A DNA stretch of 64,000 bases from a virus. The stretch covers positions 32,001 through 96,000 of the IMG/VR virus record IMGVR_UViG_3300025030_000051; one strand, written 5' to 3'. Each line of letters starts with the position of its first letter. The stretch's first letter is position 1. The position numbers and the translations under genes were made by a program. Of this stretch, positions 42,388 through 51,976 are shown piece after piece. Below the pieces are notes generated by a model. That model was given only the letters and a program-made list of their open reading frames with translations, did no database searches and was not told where the DNA came from.

Positions 42388-43383
42388 TCATAAACTTTTA
42401 TAAATATTTATTATTGAATTATAAGTTTTTAAAATACCAAGTCTGTCGTTATAAGCTTCATTTGGAAGTTTATAATCAAAAAATTTATAAAAATTTTCAG
42501 ATATACCATTGTGATTTTTTAAATAATCTAAATCTTTATTTATTTTTATATGTTTATTTATAAGTTCGTCAAACGTAATACCTGTTAATTCACAAATAAT
42601 ATTTAAATAATGCTTAAAAGGCATCGGTTTATTTCTACTAATTATAAAATCTTTTCCAGATAAGTTATCAAAATTATTTAATATAAAATAAAACATTTTG
42701 GCAAAATATTCACTTCTCATATAGTCTTTAAAAATTTCAGGATCTAAAAATACTGAGAGTTGTTTATTAGTTTTGTTTATTTTATTTAAATAAATTCTTT
42801 CTAATATTTTTCTTATCATAGATGAATTATCATATGGAGCATCACCATAAATAAATACAGGCTTTATTGTTAAAAATTTTTGTTTTTTAAGCGATTGTTT
42901 TATAGCAAGTTCAGCACTATATTTTGTTAAACCATATATAGTTTTTGGATTTATTGTAGCAGTTTCATTAAATTTTCCATTATTTTTCATATATTCATCT
43001 GGATCAAATATAGCTGTTGTTGAAAAATTTATAATTTTACATTTTTTTTTAAGAGCTATATCTATTAAATACTGTGTTCCTAAAACGTTAGACTTAACAG
43101 CATCATAAAAATATTTTTCACACTTATCAGTATTTACATAAGCAGCTGTATGAATTATTATAGAATTTTCATCTAAACTGTTTTGTATATAATTTAAATT
43201 TTTTTTACTGGTAATATCAATTTCAGAATCTTTAATTTGCTTGTTTTTTAAATAATGAAAAACATTAGTATAAGTCGCATACAACTTATTATATATAATT
43301 TCATATTTATTGTAATCTAAAATATCTATAATAGATTTAGCTAACATACCTGTATGACCAGTTATAAACAATTTAGTTTTCAT
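42388..43383 (-). CDS. NAD-dependent nucleotide-sugar epimerase/reductase (RmlD-like)
   Basis: TGHTGMLA; HTAAYVNTD; FSTTAIF; YGLTK. Confidence 0.85.
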   Translation of the reverse strand: MKTKLFITGHTGMLAKSIIDILDYNKYEIIYNKLYATYTNVFHYLKNKQIKDSEIDITSKKNLNYIQNSLDENSIIIHTAAYVNTDKCEKYFYDAVKSNVLGTQYLIDIALKKKCKIINFSTTAIFDPDEYMKNNGKFNETATINPKTIYGLTKYSAELAIKQSLKKQKFLTIKPVFIYGDAPYDNSSMIRKILERIYLNKINKTNKQLSVFLDPEIFKDYMRSEYFAKMFYFILNNFDNLSGKDFIISRNKPMPFKHYLNIICELTGITFDELINKHIKINKDLDYLKNHNGISENFYKFFDYKLPNEAYNDRLGILKTYNSIINIYKSL

Positions 43384-44347
43384 TTAATAATTTTATAAAG
43401 TTTTTATGTTCCTTAAATGAAATTATCCTATTATCTAACTTTTTTATTATTTCTTCATAAGACAGATCACATATAAATTTATTATATTTAAAAAATACAG
43501 TAAATCCATTTTTAGCTAAAATATTACAATTATCTATATCATCATCAAACACAAATTTTTTGTCATTATTATTAAAATTTTTAATAATATATTTTTCTTT
43601 TTGTTCCTCCCAAATTATTGCATCATATTTAAATTTATTATTTTTAAGCCATTCTAGTGTATCTGAATAAATTCTAGATATTTTTTTATATGGTCTTGCT
43701 GTTATCAAAATAATAAAATAATTTCTTTTACTTAATTCATCTAACAACTCTTTAGAATCATCTATAATAGCCATTTTTCTTTTAATGCCAGATAAGCGAT
43801 ACAATGTTTTTAATTCATATAATTGTAATTTAGGAATTATTTTTTCTAATTCTTCTAAATTTTTAATATTTTTATTTAATTTTTCATTAACAAAATCTAT
43901 AAAACATTTTGGCCAATTTGCAATAACCCCATCAATATCAATAAATGCAATATTTTTATCTTTTTTATTTTTTATATTATTTAACATAATATTTTGATCA
44001 AACTTATCGTTTACAACATTAGATTTATCTATAAATTTATTATAAATTTGTTCATAAGTAAAACCATTTATTATAAGAGTTTCTAATAAATATTTTAATG
44101 TATCTATTCCTTCTTCTAATAAATTATCTTTAACGTCATCACCGTCTTTGTCGACGTGTGATTTCCAATCAACCTCATCTAATAATTCACTTGCTTCTTT
44201 TATCGTGGCTAAAATAAATTCTTTATTCCACTTTATTGTTAATTCTTTATCTTCAATTATTTTACTATAATCAATATTATATTTTACTTTAAAAAATTTT
44301 TCAGTAAATTTTTTTTGAATATTATAAATTTCTTCTAATCTATCCAT
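43373..44347 (-). CDS. MazG/dimeric dUTPase-dCTPase domain fused to a HAD nucleotidase
   Basis: EASELLDEVDWKSH..EEGID; FIDIDGV..ITARP..FDDD. Confidence 0.85.
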   Translation of the reverse strand: MDRLEEIYNIQKKFTEKFFKVKYNIDYSKIIEDKELTIKWNKEFILATIKEASELLDEVDWKSHVDKDGDDVKDNLLEEGIDTLKYLLETLIINGFTYEQIYNKFIDKSNVVNDKFDQNIMLNNIKNKKDKNIAFIDIDGVIANWPKCFIDFVNEKLNKNIKNLEELEKIIPKLQLYELKTLYRLSGIKRKMAIIDDSKELLDELSKRNYFIILITARPYKKISRIYSDTLEWLKNNKFKYDAIIWEEQKEKYIIKNFNNNDKKFVFDDDIDNCNILAKNGFTVFFKYNKFICDLSYEEIIKKLDNRIISFKEHKNFIKLLNEN

Positions 44348-45247
44348 TTATTTTTCAAATCTTTCAATTATTTGTTCCATTTTTATTTTGTGTGACCATT
44401 GTGCATAACGACCAATATGAATTATATTATTTCCAGTTTTATTTATGTTATCATAAGAAAATTTAATTTGAGCAAATGGAAGTGTAATTTTATCTAAAAC
44501 CTTATATTCATCCATTAAAATATCTGTTTTTCCTTTCACTTCAAAAACCACATAATCTTCAAATAAATTACAACGATGCCATTGAGTAGAAGCTATTGAA
44601 TAGAAATATTCTAATTGTAAACTATTTTTTATGTTTTTTAAATAATTGTTATATTCACATTTAAAAAATGTTGTATTGAATGCTGTAAAATCATGATTAT
44701 TTATATTAATTTTGGATAATTTTTGAAACATATTTATAGGAAGAGTATTGATTAAAAAATCATATTTTTTTTCTTGTGATGATACTAAATATAAAATATT
44801 TTTCTCAATATCAATTTTTTTTACTTTATCTATAATAATTCTTTCAAAAACTAATTCTTCTAATCTTTTAAGAATTAAATTATAGTCAATATCAAAAACA
44901 GTAAGTTTATTTTTACCAGAAGATAGTACTGATGGGTGTATTTCATTCTTATTTAATTCTCTAGTTTTTAAAGCATATTTTTTCTTAAAATTACCATCAA
45001 TATAATCTTTTATTGAACTATCTTCGTACATATAACCAATTTTAACTTCTCTAATTTTTATGTCTTCTAATATAATTTTATTAAAAAAAGATTTTGTATG
45101 TTTATTTACTTCAAGTAAACGAGGTCCTAGTTGAAATTTATTAAGATTTTGCCATCCACCAATACGATCAGTAATGAGTTCATATTTTTTATTATAAAAT
45201 GCTGAAACTAATCCAGCAACACCCCCTCCAATAACAAATAATTTAAT
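44348..45247 (-). CDS. FAD-dependent oxidoreductase, UDP-galactopyranose mutase-like; probable ATT start
   Basis: Frame open upstream of the track ATG: GGAG-N6-ATT KLFVIGGGVAGL..IGG..GPRLL; C-terminal INTLP and IGRYAQW. Confidence 0.75.
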   Translation of the reverse strand: MKLFVIGGGVAGLVSAFYNKKYELITDRIGGWQNLNKFQLGPRLLEVNKHTKSFFNKIILEDIKIREVKIGYMYEDSSIKDYIDGNFKKKYALKTRELNKNEIHPSVLSSGKNKLTVFDIDYNLILKRLEELVFERIIIDKVKKIDIEKNILYLVSSQEKKYDFLINTLPINMFQKLSKININNHDFTAFNTTFFKCEYNNYLKNIKNSLQLEYFYSIASTQWHRCNLFEDYVVFEVKGKTDILMDEYKVLDKITLPFAQIKFSYDNINKTGNNIIHIGRYAQWSHKIKMEQIIERFEK

Positions 45248-45249
45248 AT

Positions 45250-45483
45250 TTATCTCCCATTCGAGAATTGCTTGTTAGCTTTATGAATATTAAAATCAAA
45301 AATAATTAATTTATTCCAATATTTCAAATCATTTATCATCTTAATTCTTATAGGCTGCCAAATAAATCTCCAAAAATCATCAGTGATATAAGAAATTTTC
45401 TCCTGTCTTCCCAATTCCAAGAATCCAATACATGGTTGACACGTATATATTATATTAAAAATCTCTTTTGATATTTCAATCAT
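45250..45483 (-). CDS. Hypothetical protein
   Basis: ORF. Confidence 0.45.
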   Translation of the reverse strand: MIEISKEIFNIIYTCQPCIGFLELGRQEKISYITDDFWRFIWQPIRIKMINDLKYWNKLIIFDFNIHKANKQFSNGR

Positions 45484-45618
45484 TTTTTTAAAATTTCACT
45501 AAAATATTAAAATCTTTTGCGAACAAACATTATCAACCAATCTATAAATTGTATTCCATAAGCTCCTTTAATTTTTATTTTTTCATTGTATAACACTTAT
45601 AATTAAATAACATTCCTA

Positions 45619-46071
45619 TTATTTTGAAACTACTATGATTCTTTCATCTATTAAAATATTTTCTATAACTAATCTAACATCATTCCAGCTTAGTTTTCCG
45701 TTGCCGCATCCTGGTCTTGGAAAATATACCTTTGAAATATTTTTTGTATAATATGAATTATTTAAATACACTATTAACTGCCTTGCTGACCTTTCAATTA
45801 ATTTTATATCTGAATTTTCTGTCCATATATGCTTTGTTGGAAAAGTAAACATTCTGTATCTATCTAACATATATACATTGTTGCCAAAGTTTTTTAATAA
45901 GTGTCCTAATTCTTTTGGCAATAAAAAGAATTTTTCTTTGGCTTGAAGTGCGATTCCCCTACCCATTACTGCTTCTTTATTCTTCTTAACAAATCCATTA
46001 GTAGTAATACAGATATAAGATTCTTTGTCTGAATTATAGAGATCCCAGATATTAGCTTTTATTTCTTTCAT
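45619..46071 (-). CDS. Macro domain (ADP-ribose-binding) protein
   Basis: ITTNG..VMGRGIA..FPTK..PRPGCGNGKLSW. Confidence 0.85.
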   Translation of the reverse strand: MKEIKANIWDLYNSDKESYICITTNGFVKKNKEAVMGRGIALQAKEKFFLLPKELGHLLKNFGNNVYMLDRYRMFTFPTKHIWTENSDIKLIERSARQLIVYLNNSYYTKNISKVYFPRPGCGNGKLSWNDVRLVIENILIDERIIVVSK

Positions 46072-46267
46072 TTTCTTTTTTGACTGATGAATAACCGTCT
46101 TTCGACCACGAATCCCCTCTAAACTCTATAGTTGGCAGAAATATAACTGTTTCCATTTTATCATTACACTGAGGACAGATTCTTCTTGAACTGTTAAATT
46201 CTTCTAATGTTAGTCTTATATCTTTTTCAATTAACTTGCAATTTTTGCACTTGAAGTCGTATAACAT
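46052..46267 (-). CDS. FmdB-family zinc ribbon protein
   Basis: YDFKCKNC..CPQC..FRGDSW. Confidence 0.75.
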   Translation of the reverse strand: MLYDFKCKNCKLIEKDIRLTLEEFNSSRRICPQCNDKMETVIFLPTIEFRGDSWSKDGYSSVKKENERNKS

Positions 46268-46302
46268 TTATTTATCTTAAATATAATTTAAAATTCAATT
46301 AA

Positions 46303-47856
46303 TTAAACAAAAATTAATGCTTGCTGGTACCATAGTGGAAATAATTTTCTATTATTTTTATAGAAAAAAATAAAACTACTATCTAATATATATGTTTTGC
46401 ACCAGTCATTTTCATTTCTTATAGATCTACCACTGCTTTGAATTATTGTTTTTGCTGTCTCTAAAAGATACCAATCTTTAACTCTTTTCTTTTTTTCTAC
46501 AATAAAATTATCACCAAGATTTGGAAATGGTGTTTTAACTATAATTTGAAATCTTGACAGATCGTCGTATAAGTCAATACCTTCTGTCATTGATGGAGAA
46601 ATTAAAATTGTTGGTTTATCACTTTTTAAATGTAACTCATACATTTCCATTCTATTGCTAGAATCGTGAGAAATAAATCTATTTGTCTTTACATTTTTTA
46701 CAATATAATCAGCTATTTTATATGATGTACAATGTATCAATCCTTTGTCTAATCTGTGTTCTGCAATTAATTTAGTTATTGCATTAGCTATTTTTGGTAA
46801 ATTATTATCAATATCCCTATAATTTAAAGATCCAACATTTACTGAAAATACAGTTCTGTTTTCTTTTTTAAATGGTGAATCTAATGATAAGAATTCAGTT
46901 TCTTCTACTGATATTCCTATATTTCTACAATATATTTCTTTATCTAATATAGTTCCACTCATTAATAATATTTTTTCACCTACACAAAATAGTTGTTTAT
47001 GAGAATATTTAGAAGAAAATAACGGTTTTAATGAAAGTTCATCTTCTTCTTTATTTACACTCAATATCCATTCATCTTTATTAAATCTTGATACACATCT
47101 GTCTAATTGTTTAATATACCTTTCAATATTATTTAATTGTTTTAATAAATTTTTATTTTTTATTAACTGATCTTGACTTAAGTTTTTAATTTTTTGGTCT
47201 AAATAATCTTTTATTTTAACAAGATTTATTATTAAATATTCTTTTATCCAAGAAAAAATTTCATCAATAGAGTGAATTTTATTTTTTGGCCATTCTAAAT
47301 TGTAATTTTCTATATTATATTTATTTATGTTTATGGAGATAAAATCTGAAATTGCAGCATCAATTGTGTGTGCCTCATCCACAACTAATAATTTTCTTTG
47401 CTTAATTTCATCTGAATATTCTATATGATTTAAGAAAAAAGCAACATTAGTTAAAGATATTTTATTACTTAAAAAATTTCTTTTATCTTGTTGATAAATA
47501 CATTGACAATATTTATTTTTAAAAACTTTATTTATTAATGATCCAAGTTGACATGAAACATATTTTCCAGGACATTCATAATGTTCTTTAGACCATATTG
47601 AAGATATAAAAGAAAAATCATTTTGATATTGTTTTTGTAAAATTCTTTGAGGAGTTATAACCCATGCTTCATTTAAATATCTTGCAACTGTAATTGCAAT
47701 AGCAGATTTGCCAGATCCGGGACTACCCTCAAGCAAAGCAAATCTTTTGTTTTTATTTATAAAAATATTTAAAATAAAATTAATAGCTTCTTCTTGTTGT
47801 GACCGTACCTTTTCAAAAGGAAAAAATTGCAACCAGTTTTTCTTAGTTATCATCAT
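46303..47856 (-). CDS. DinG/Rad3-like SF2 helicase
   Basis: GSPGSGKS; DEAH; MSGT; EGIDL..RFQII.K.PFP; QSSGRSIR..D. Confidence 0.9.
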   Translation of the reverse strand: MMITKKNWLQFFPFEKVRSQQEEAINFILNIFINKNKRFALLEGSPGSGKSAIAITVARYLNEAWVITPQRILQKQYQNDFSFISSIWSKEHYECPGKYVSCQLGSLINKVFKNKYCQCIYQQDKRNFLSNKISLTNVAFFLNHIEYSDEIKQRKLLVVDEAHTIDAAISDFISININKYNIENYNLEWPKNKIHSIDEIFSWIKEYLIINLVKIKDYLDQKIKNLSQDQLIKNKNLLKQLNNIERYIKQLDRCVSRFNKDEWILSVNKEEDELSLKPLFSSKYSHKQLFCVGEKILLMSGTILDKEIYCRNIGISVEETEFLSLDSPFKKENRTVFSVNVGSLNYRDIDNNLPKIANAITKLIAEHRLDKGLIHCTSYKIADYIVKNVKTNRFISHDSSNRMEMYELHLKSDKPTILISPSMTEGIDLYDDLSRFQIIVKTPFPNLGDNFIVEKKKRVKDWYLLETAKTIIQSSGRSIRNENDWCKTYILDSSFIFFYKNNRKLFPLWYQQALIFV

Positions 47857-48547
47857 TTAATTTTAATCTATTTTTAGCAATGTTTATCCATGTTTTGTCA
47901 TTATCACATAATAAAAAACGACGATTTAAATTTTGACAAGCTACACCAGTAGTACCACTACCACAAAAATAATCTAATATTAAATCATTTTCATCTGTTC
48001 TATTTTGAATAATATATTCTAATAATTTAATTGGCTTTTGTGTTGGATGACCAACATACTCTTTTGTAGAAAGTTTACCCTTAAAGTATGCTTTTACTCT
48101 TTTTTTAATTTTTATATTCTCATTTAATTGTAATCTTGATTTTTCTGGATTTTCTTTGCTAAAATGTAAAATGAGTTCATGGATATTTCCCATTATATTT
48201 AAATTTCCAGAATTCATATCACCCTTATCCCACACAAAATCTTGGTTATATTTAAATTTATTTTTTATAATATTGAATATCTTAACTAGCGAATCAAATC
48301 TTCCATGTATATAAAAACTCTTGTTTTCTTTTAATATTCTATAAGATGAATCTATTATTTTTACCCAATCTAAATTTTCAATAGAAGAATCATTATTTAT
48401 TTTTGATTTTATGGCTTTTTTATTAAATCCATAATTATAATTTATACCATAGGGCGGATCTATTATTATTAAATCAATAGAATTATCATCTATTAATTTC
48501 ATTATTTCTAAACAATCTCCAAGATATATTTTATTTATTTCTATCAT
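47843..48547 (-). CDS. N4/N6 DNA methyltransferase (beta class)
   Basis: GDCLE; DPPY; HPTQKP; DYFCGSGTTG. Confidence 0.92.
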   Translation of the reverse strand: MIEINKIYLGDCLEIMKLIDDNSIDLIIIDPPYGINYNYGFNKKAIKSKINNDSSIENLDWVKIIDSSYRILKENKSFYIHGRFDSLVKIFNIIKNKFKYNQDFVWDKGDMNSGNLNIMGNIHELILHFSKENPEKSRLQLNENIKIKKRVKAYFKGKLSTKEYVGHPTQKPIKLLEYIIQNRTDENDLILDYFCGSGTTGVACQNLNRRFLLCDNDKTWINIAKNRLKLNDDN

Positions 48548-48946
48548 TTATTCTAAAAACAAATAAATTCCTAAAGCTAATAATGGTAATTTTAAATATT
48601 CAACTTTGTTTAAAATGCTTGATGAGTTGCTACCATTAAAACCTCTTAAATCTAGGGTTAAATCATATAAAATCCAATAAACAATAGCAGACAAGAATGT
48701 TCTTTTAGAAATATCTAATAAACTTTTATCACTTGAAATTGCTATTGATATACCAAGATTTACTGCAGAAATATTTTCTATAAATTTAAATGTGTGCCAC
48801 TGCTTATTTATTTGATAGGCTTTATCAAAATCTAAATTATATAAATTTCTTTCTTCTAGTTTTAATGATTCTGTATAACCACTTGAAATTGGATAAAATA
48901 ACATTGATAACAAATACCATATTAAAGTAATCAAAATAATCCTCAA
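48548..48946 (-). CDS. Hypothetical membrane protein
   Basis: Several hydrophobic segments. Confidence 0.55.
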   Translation of the reverse strand: MRIILITLIWYLLSMLFYPISSGYTESLKLEERNLYNLDFDKAYQINKQWHTFKFIENISAVNLGISIAISSDKSLLDISKRTFLSAIVYWILYDLTLDLRGFNGSNSSSILNKVEYLKLPLLALGIYLFLE

Positions 48947-49001
48947 TAATCAAAAATAATTTTTTCAACTAAAGATTTTTTATTTTTAAATTTAATGATT
49001 T

Positions 49002-49331
49002 TCATCTATTATCTCCACTTCCCTTTAAAACATCTCTATCTTTTCTATCAAATAATTTTTCTATATTTTCGATTGCCACTTCATTTAAATTAAATTCTAA
49101 ATCAGAACATAAATTTGCAATATACCATAAAACATCTCCACATTCTCTTTTTAATTGAATTAATTGTTCTTTCGTTAATTTTCCAGCATCATTATCTCTA
49201 ATCCATTTGCCTATTTTTCCAGCAACTTCTCCTGTTTCTCCAGCTAATCCAAGAGCTGAATATATTATTTTAAATCTTTCGGGATATATTGCAGTTAATC
49301 GAGCACTTTTTTGATATTCATTAAATGTCAT
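49002..49331 (-). CDS. MazG-like nucleotide pyrophosphohydrolase
   Basis: LGLAGETGEV..ECGDVLWY..GSGDNR. Confidence 0.92.
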   Translation of the reverse strand: MTFNEYQKSARLTAIYPERFKIIYSALGLAGETGEVAGKIGKWIRDNDAGKLTKEQLIQLKRECGDVLWYIANLCSDLEFNLNEVAIENIEKLFDRKDRDVLKGSGDNR

Positions 49332-49509
49332 AAATTAAAACTCATTTTTATTAAAAATCATATTTAAAAAATTCTGCCATAACTGCCAATATCGCTTATA
49401 TTTAATTGTATAAAAAAATCTTTTATAATTTAAATACAATCTATACTTCCAATTATATTTTATTTTTTCTAATTCTTCTGGAGTTCTAACCCAGCCAGTA
49501 AAATCAACT

Positions 49510-50079
49510 TCATACATTTAATTTTCTACTATATTTATTCCAAATTGTTAAATCATATTCTGCATACGACATATTTTCTTTTTCAGCTAAAGAAATTATA
49601 ATTTTTTCTAATTCTAAATATTTACTTTTTGATGGTGTATTTTTTGGTACATCATGACCAAGAAATTTTAAGTGTTGTAATATATGAACATCAAGTCCAC
49701 TTAATTTTTGATTTTTTCTACTATGTAATAAAAAGCACCTTGAAGTTTTTAATCCAATTCCTTTAACTGATTCTAATTCTTTTATTGAACATTTTTTTAA
49801 ATCTACATTTTTATTTATTAAATCAATAATATATTTTGATTTATAATTATAACATCCAATACCCGATTCTTTTAATAAAACTTTTATTTGTTCAAGAGAA
49901 TATTTTTTTAAAGAATTAAATGGTCCATTTTTATAACCATCAATTTTATTTAATAATTTATCTAAAGATTTTGCTGTATTTTTAGCATTCTTACCAGCTA
50001 CCAAAATCCAAAATATAATTGTTTCTTCTAATTGAAATTTAGTCTGATTATAATTTGTAATTTCTTGTGGATTAATCAT
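49510..50079 (-). CDS. HhH-GPD/Ogg-like DNA glycosylase
   Basis: LESVKGIGLKTSRCFL..LDVHIL..YLELE..DLTIW. Confidence 0.8.
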   Translation of the reverse strand: MINPQEITNYNQTKFQLEETIIFWILVAGKNAKNTAKSLDKLLNKIDGYKNGPFNSLKKYSLEQIKVLLKESGIGCYNYKSKYIIDLINKNVDLKKCSIKELESVKGIGLKTSRCFLLHSRKNQKLSGLDVHILQHLKFLGHDVPKNTPSKSKYLELEKIIISLAEKENMSYAEYDLTIWNKYSRKLNV

Positions 50080-50428
50080 TATTTTGGTCTATTATTAATT
50101 TTTTAATTATACCACCATGACATTCATTTTCTGAACTGCAAAAACAAACCAAATTAACTCCATTTTCTCTCTCAGCCCAAACTTTAATTCTATTTAATTC
50201 ATTCACAATATTAGTATATTTTATTAAATTTTGTTTATTCTCTAAAATATCATATAACCATTCTTTGTATTTTGAAATAGCCTCTTCTCTTGTTTTTACT
50301 TGAATTAAGACTTTAGTCTTATTTAATTTTAAATGAGTGTATATATTTCCCAATACTGAACCTCTTCCAATATAAATATCATTTATTTGAGGTACATGTT
50401 TATGTTTATTTACTATATTTATTTTCAT
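50072..50428 (-). CDS. DUF4326 domain protein
   Basis: YIGRGSVLGN..LVCFC..CHG. Confidence 0.8.
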   Translation of the reverse strand: MKINIVNKHKHVPQINDIYIGRGSVLGNIYTHLKLNKTKVLIQVKTREEAISKYKEWLYDILENKQNLIKYTNIVNELNRIKVWAERENGVNLVCFCSSENECHGGIIKKLIIDQNND

Positions 50429-50507
50429 TCAGTTATTCAAAAATAATCATTTATATATCTAGAAATTCATTATATGATGTCTGTTTAAATAATTAAATAT
50501 TATATTA

Positions 50508-51530
50508 TTATTTAATAGGACACGCACCAGTTTCACATTCTAAGTCATCCTTTAATTCTGATAAATCAACAGTTTTTTTATAAAGTTTATTAAAATCAAT
50601 TTTGCTAATTAATTCTTCATATTTTTCTTTTGTAATTTCTTCATAAGGTGCTTGTTTAAATCCGTGTTCACTGTGAAGTAAAAAAGAAACTGATTTTATT
50701 GAATTTTTATAATTTTCTTTTAACCACAGTTGTATATTAGTTAGTTCTTCTTTTTTATAATAAACAGTACAACTAACAGCATTATCAGACCAAATTGTCT
50801 GCATTTTTTTTAATAATTCTAACTGTTTAATGGCATCAAAATCTTTTGTTAAAATTGCATTTTTATTAGATTTCATTGGAAATTCTACAATAACAGTATT
50901 TCTATCTAAACTTCCATCTAATTGAGTCACATATTCAGTATTAAGTCCAGCATCTTTACATAAATTTACCAAACTATCGTTTGACGACATTCTTATTCTT
51001 CTAATATAATACTCAGAATATGCTGAGTGTAATCCTGGTGTGGTATTAGGAAGAAGACTTAAAGTACCAGAAGGCTTCAAACATGTTAATCTTATTGATT
51101 CATTCCAATTATTTTCTTTTGAATATTTTTTATCAAATTCTTCTATATAATCTGATATTTCATTAAGCCAATTAAGTTGCTCTTCAGTAGATTCACATAT
51201 TCCAGTTATACCTATTCCAAGACGATTATTTTTATGAACTATTTTATTTGTTTCTTCATGTAAATAATTCATGTTTGCAACATTTTTAGAAAATTTATAT
51301 AATAAAATAACTATTTCTTTTAATTCTTCTTTTAATTTAATTCGAGGGAGAAATATTTCTGTTAAATTGCAACATTCTTTATTGGCAAGAAAAATTTCAA
51401 CACAATTATGCACAAGTATATTATTAGCAAAAAAATTATGATTATTTTCAACACTAATATCATAAACATCTTCATTGGAAATAATTTCTATTTTTTTTAT
51501 TTTAGTTTTAACAATCGTTCTTTTTTCCAT
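50508..51530 (-). CDS. nrdJ: Class II ribonucleotide reductase, C-terminal half with 42-aa split-intein IntC
   Basis: VYDISVENNHNFFANNILVHN|CVEI; CNLTE; KPSGT; terminal CETGACPIK. Confidence 0.93.
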   Translation of the reverse strand: MEKRTIVKTKIKKIEIISNEDVYDISVENNHNFFANNILVHNCVEIFLANKECCNLTEIFLPRIKLKEELKEIVILLYKFSKNVANMNYLHEETNKIVHKNNRLGIGITGICESTEEQLNWLNEISDYIEEFDKKYSKENNWNESIRLTCLKPSGTLSLLPNTTPGLHSAYSEYYIRRIRMSSNDSLVNLCKDAGLNTEYVTQLDGSLDRNTVIVEFPMKSNKNAILTKDFDAIKQLELLKKMQTIWSDNAVSCTVYYKKEELTNIQLWLKENYKNSIKSVSFLLHSEHGFKQAPYEEITKEKYEELISKIDFNKLYKKTVDLSELKDDLECETGACPIK

Positions 51531-51539
51531 TTTTTTAAT

Positions 51540-51914
51540 TCACTTCCATAAGTTGTATTTTCTTCTAAATAATTGTTTATATTTTCTATTAATATAACAT
51601 TTATATTTTTTAATTTTTCTTTTAATAAAATTGTTTTCCAAATCATAATATTCTTTTAAAGATTTTTCAAAAATATTAAATTTAAACTTATTTTCTTCAA
51701 TTAAACATTTAAGTATATAATCATTTTTATATTTTAATCTCCTTTTACTTCCAAGTTTATTTTTATTAAAATATTTTATAAAATTTTCATTATTTTCTAA
51801 ATCATCATATATTTTTGGCAATAAATTATTTTTAATATTATTCATACCAATAACAGGTTTATAAAAAATATTATAGAGGGATATAATATTTTTTTGCAAT
51901 TCTAATATATTCAA
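51540..51914 (-). CDS. Basic ORF between the NrdJ halves (no clear nuclease motif)
   Basis: GGAG RBS, TTG start; lies at the intein break. Confidence 0.5.
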   Translation of the reverse strand: MNILELQKNIISLYNIFYKPVIGMNNIKNNLLPKIYDDLENNENFIKYFNKNKLGSKRRLKYKNDYILKCLIEENKFKFNIFEKSLKEYYDLENNFIKRKIKKYKCYINRKYKQLFRRKYNLWK

Positions 51915-51976
51915 AGTATTCTCCAGATTAAAAACTAATACGGATTTATACCTATAAAATATTAGAAATTAAATTT

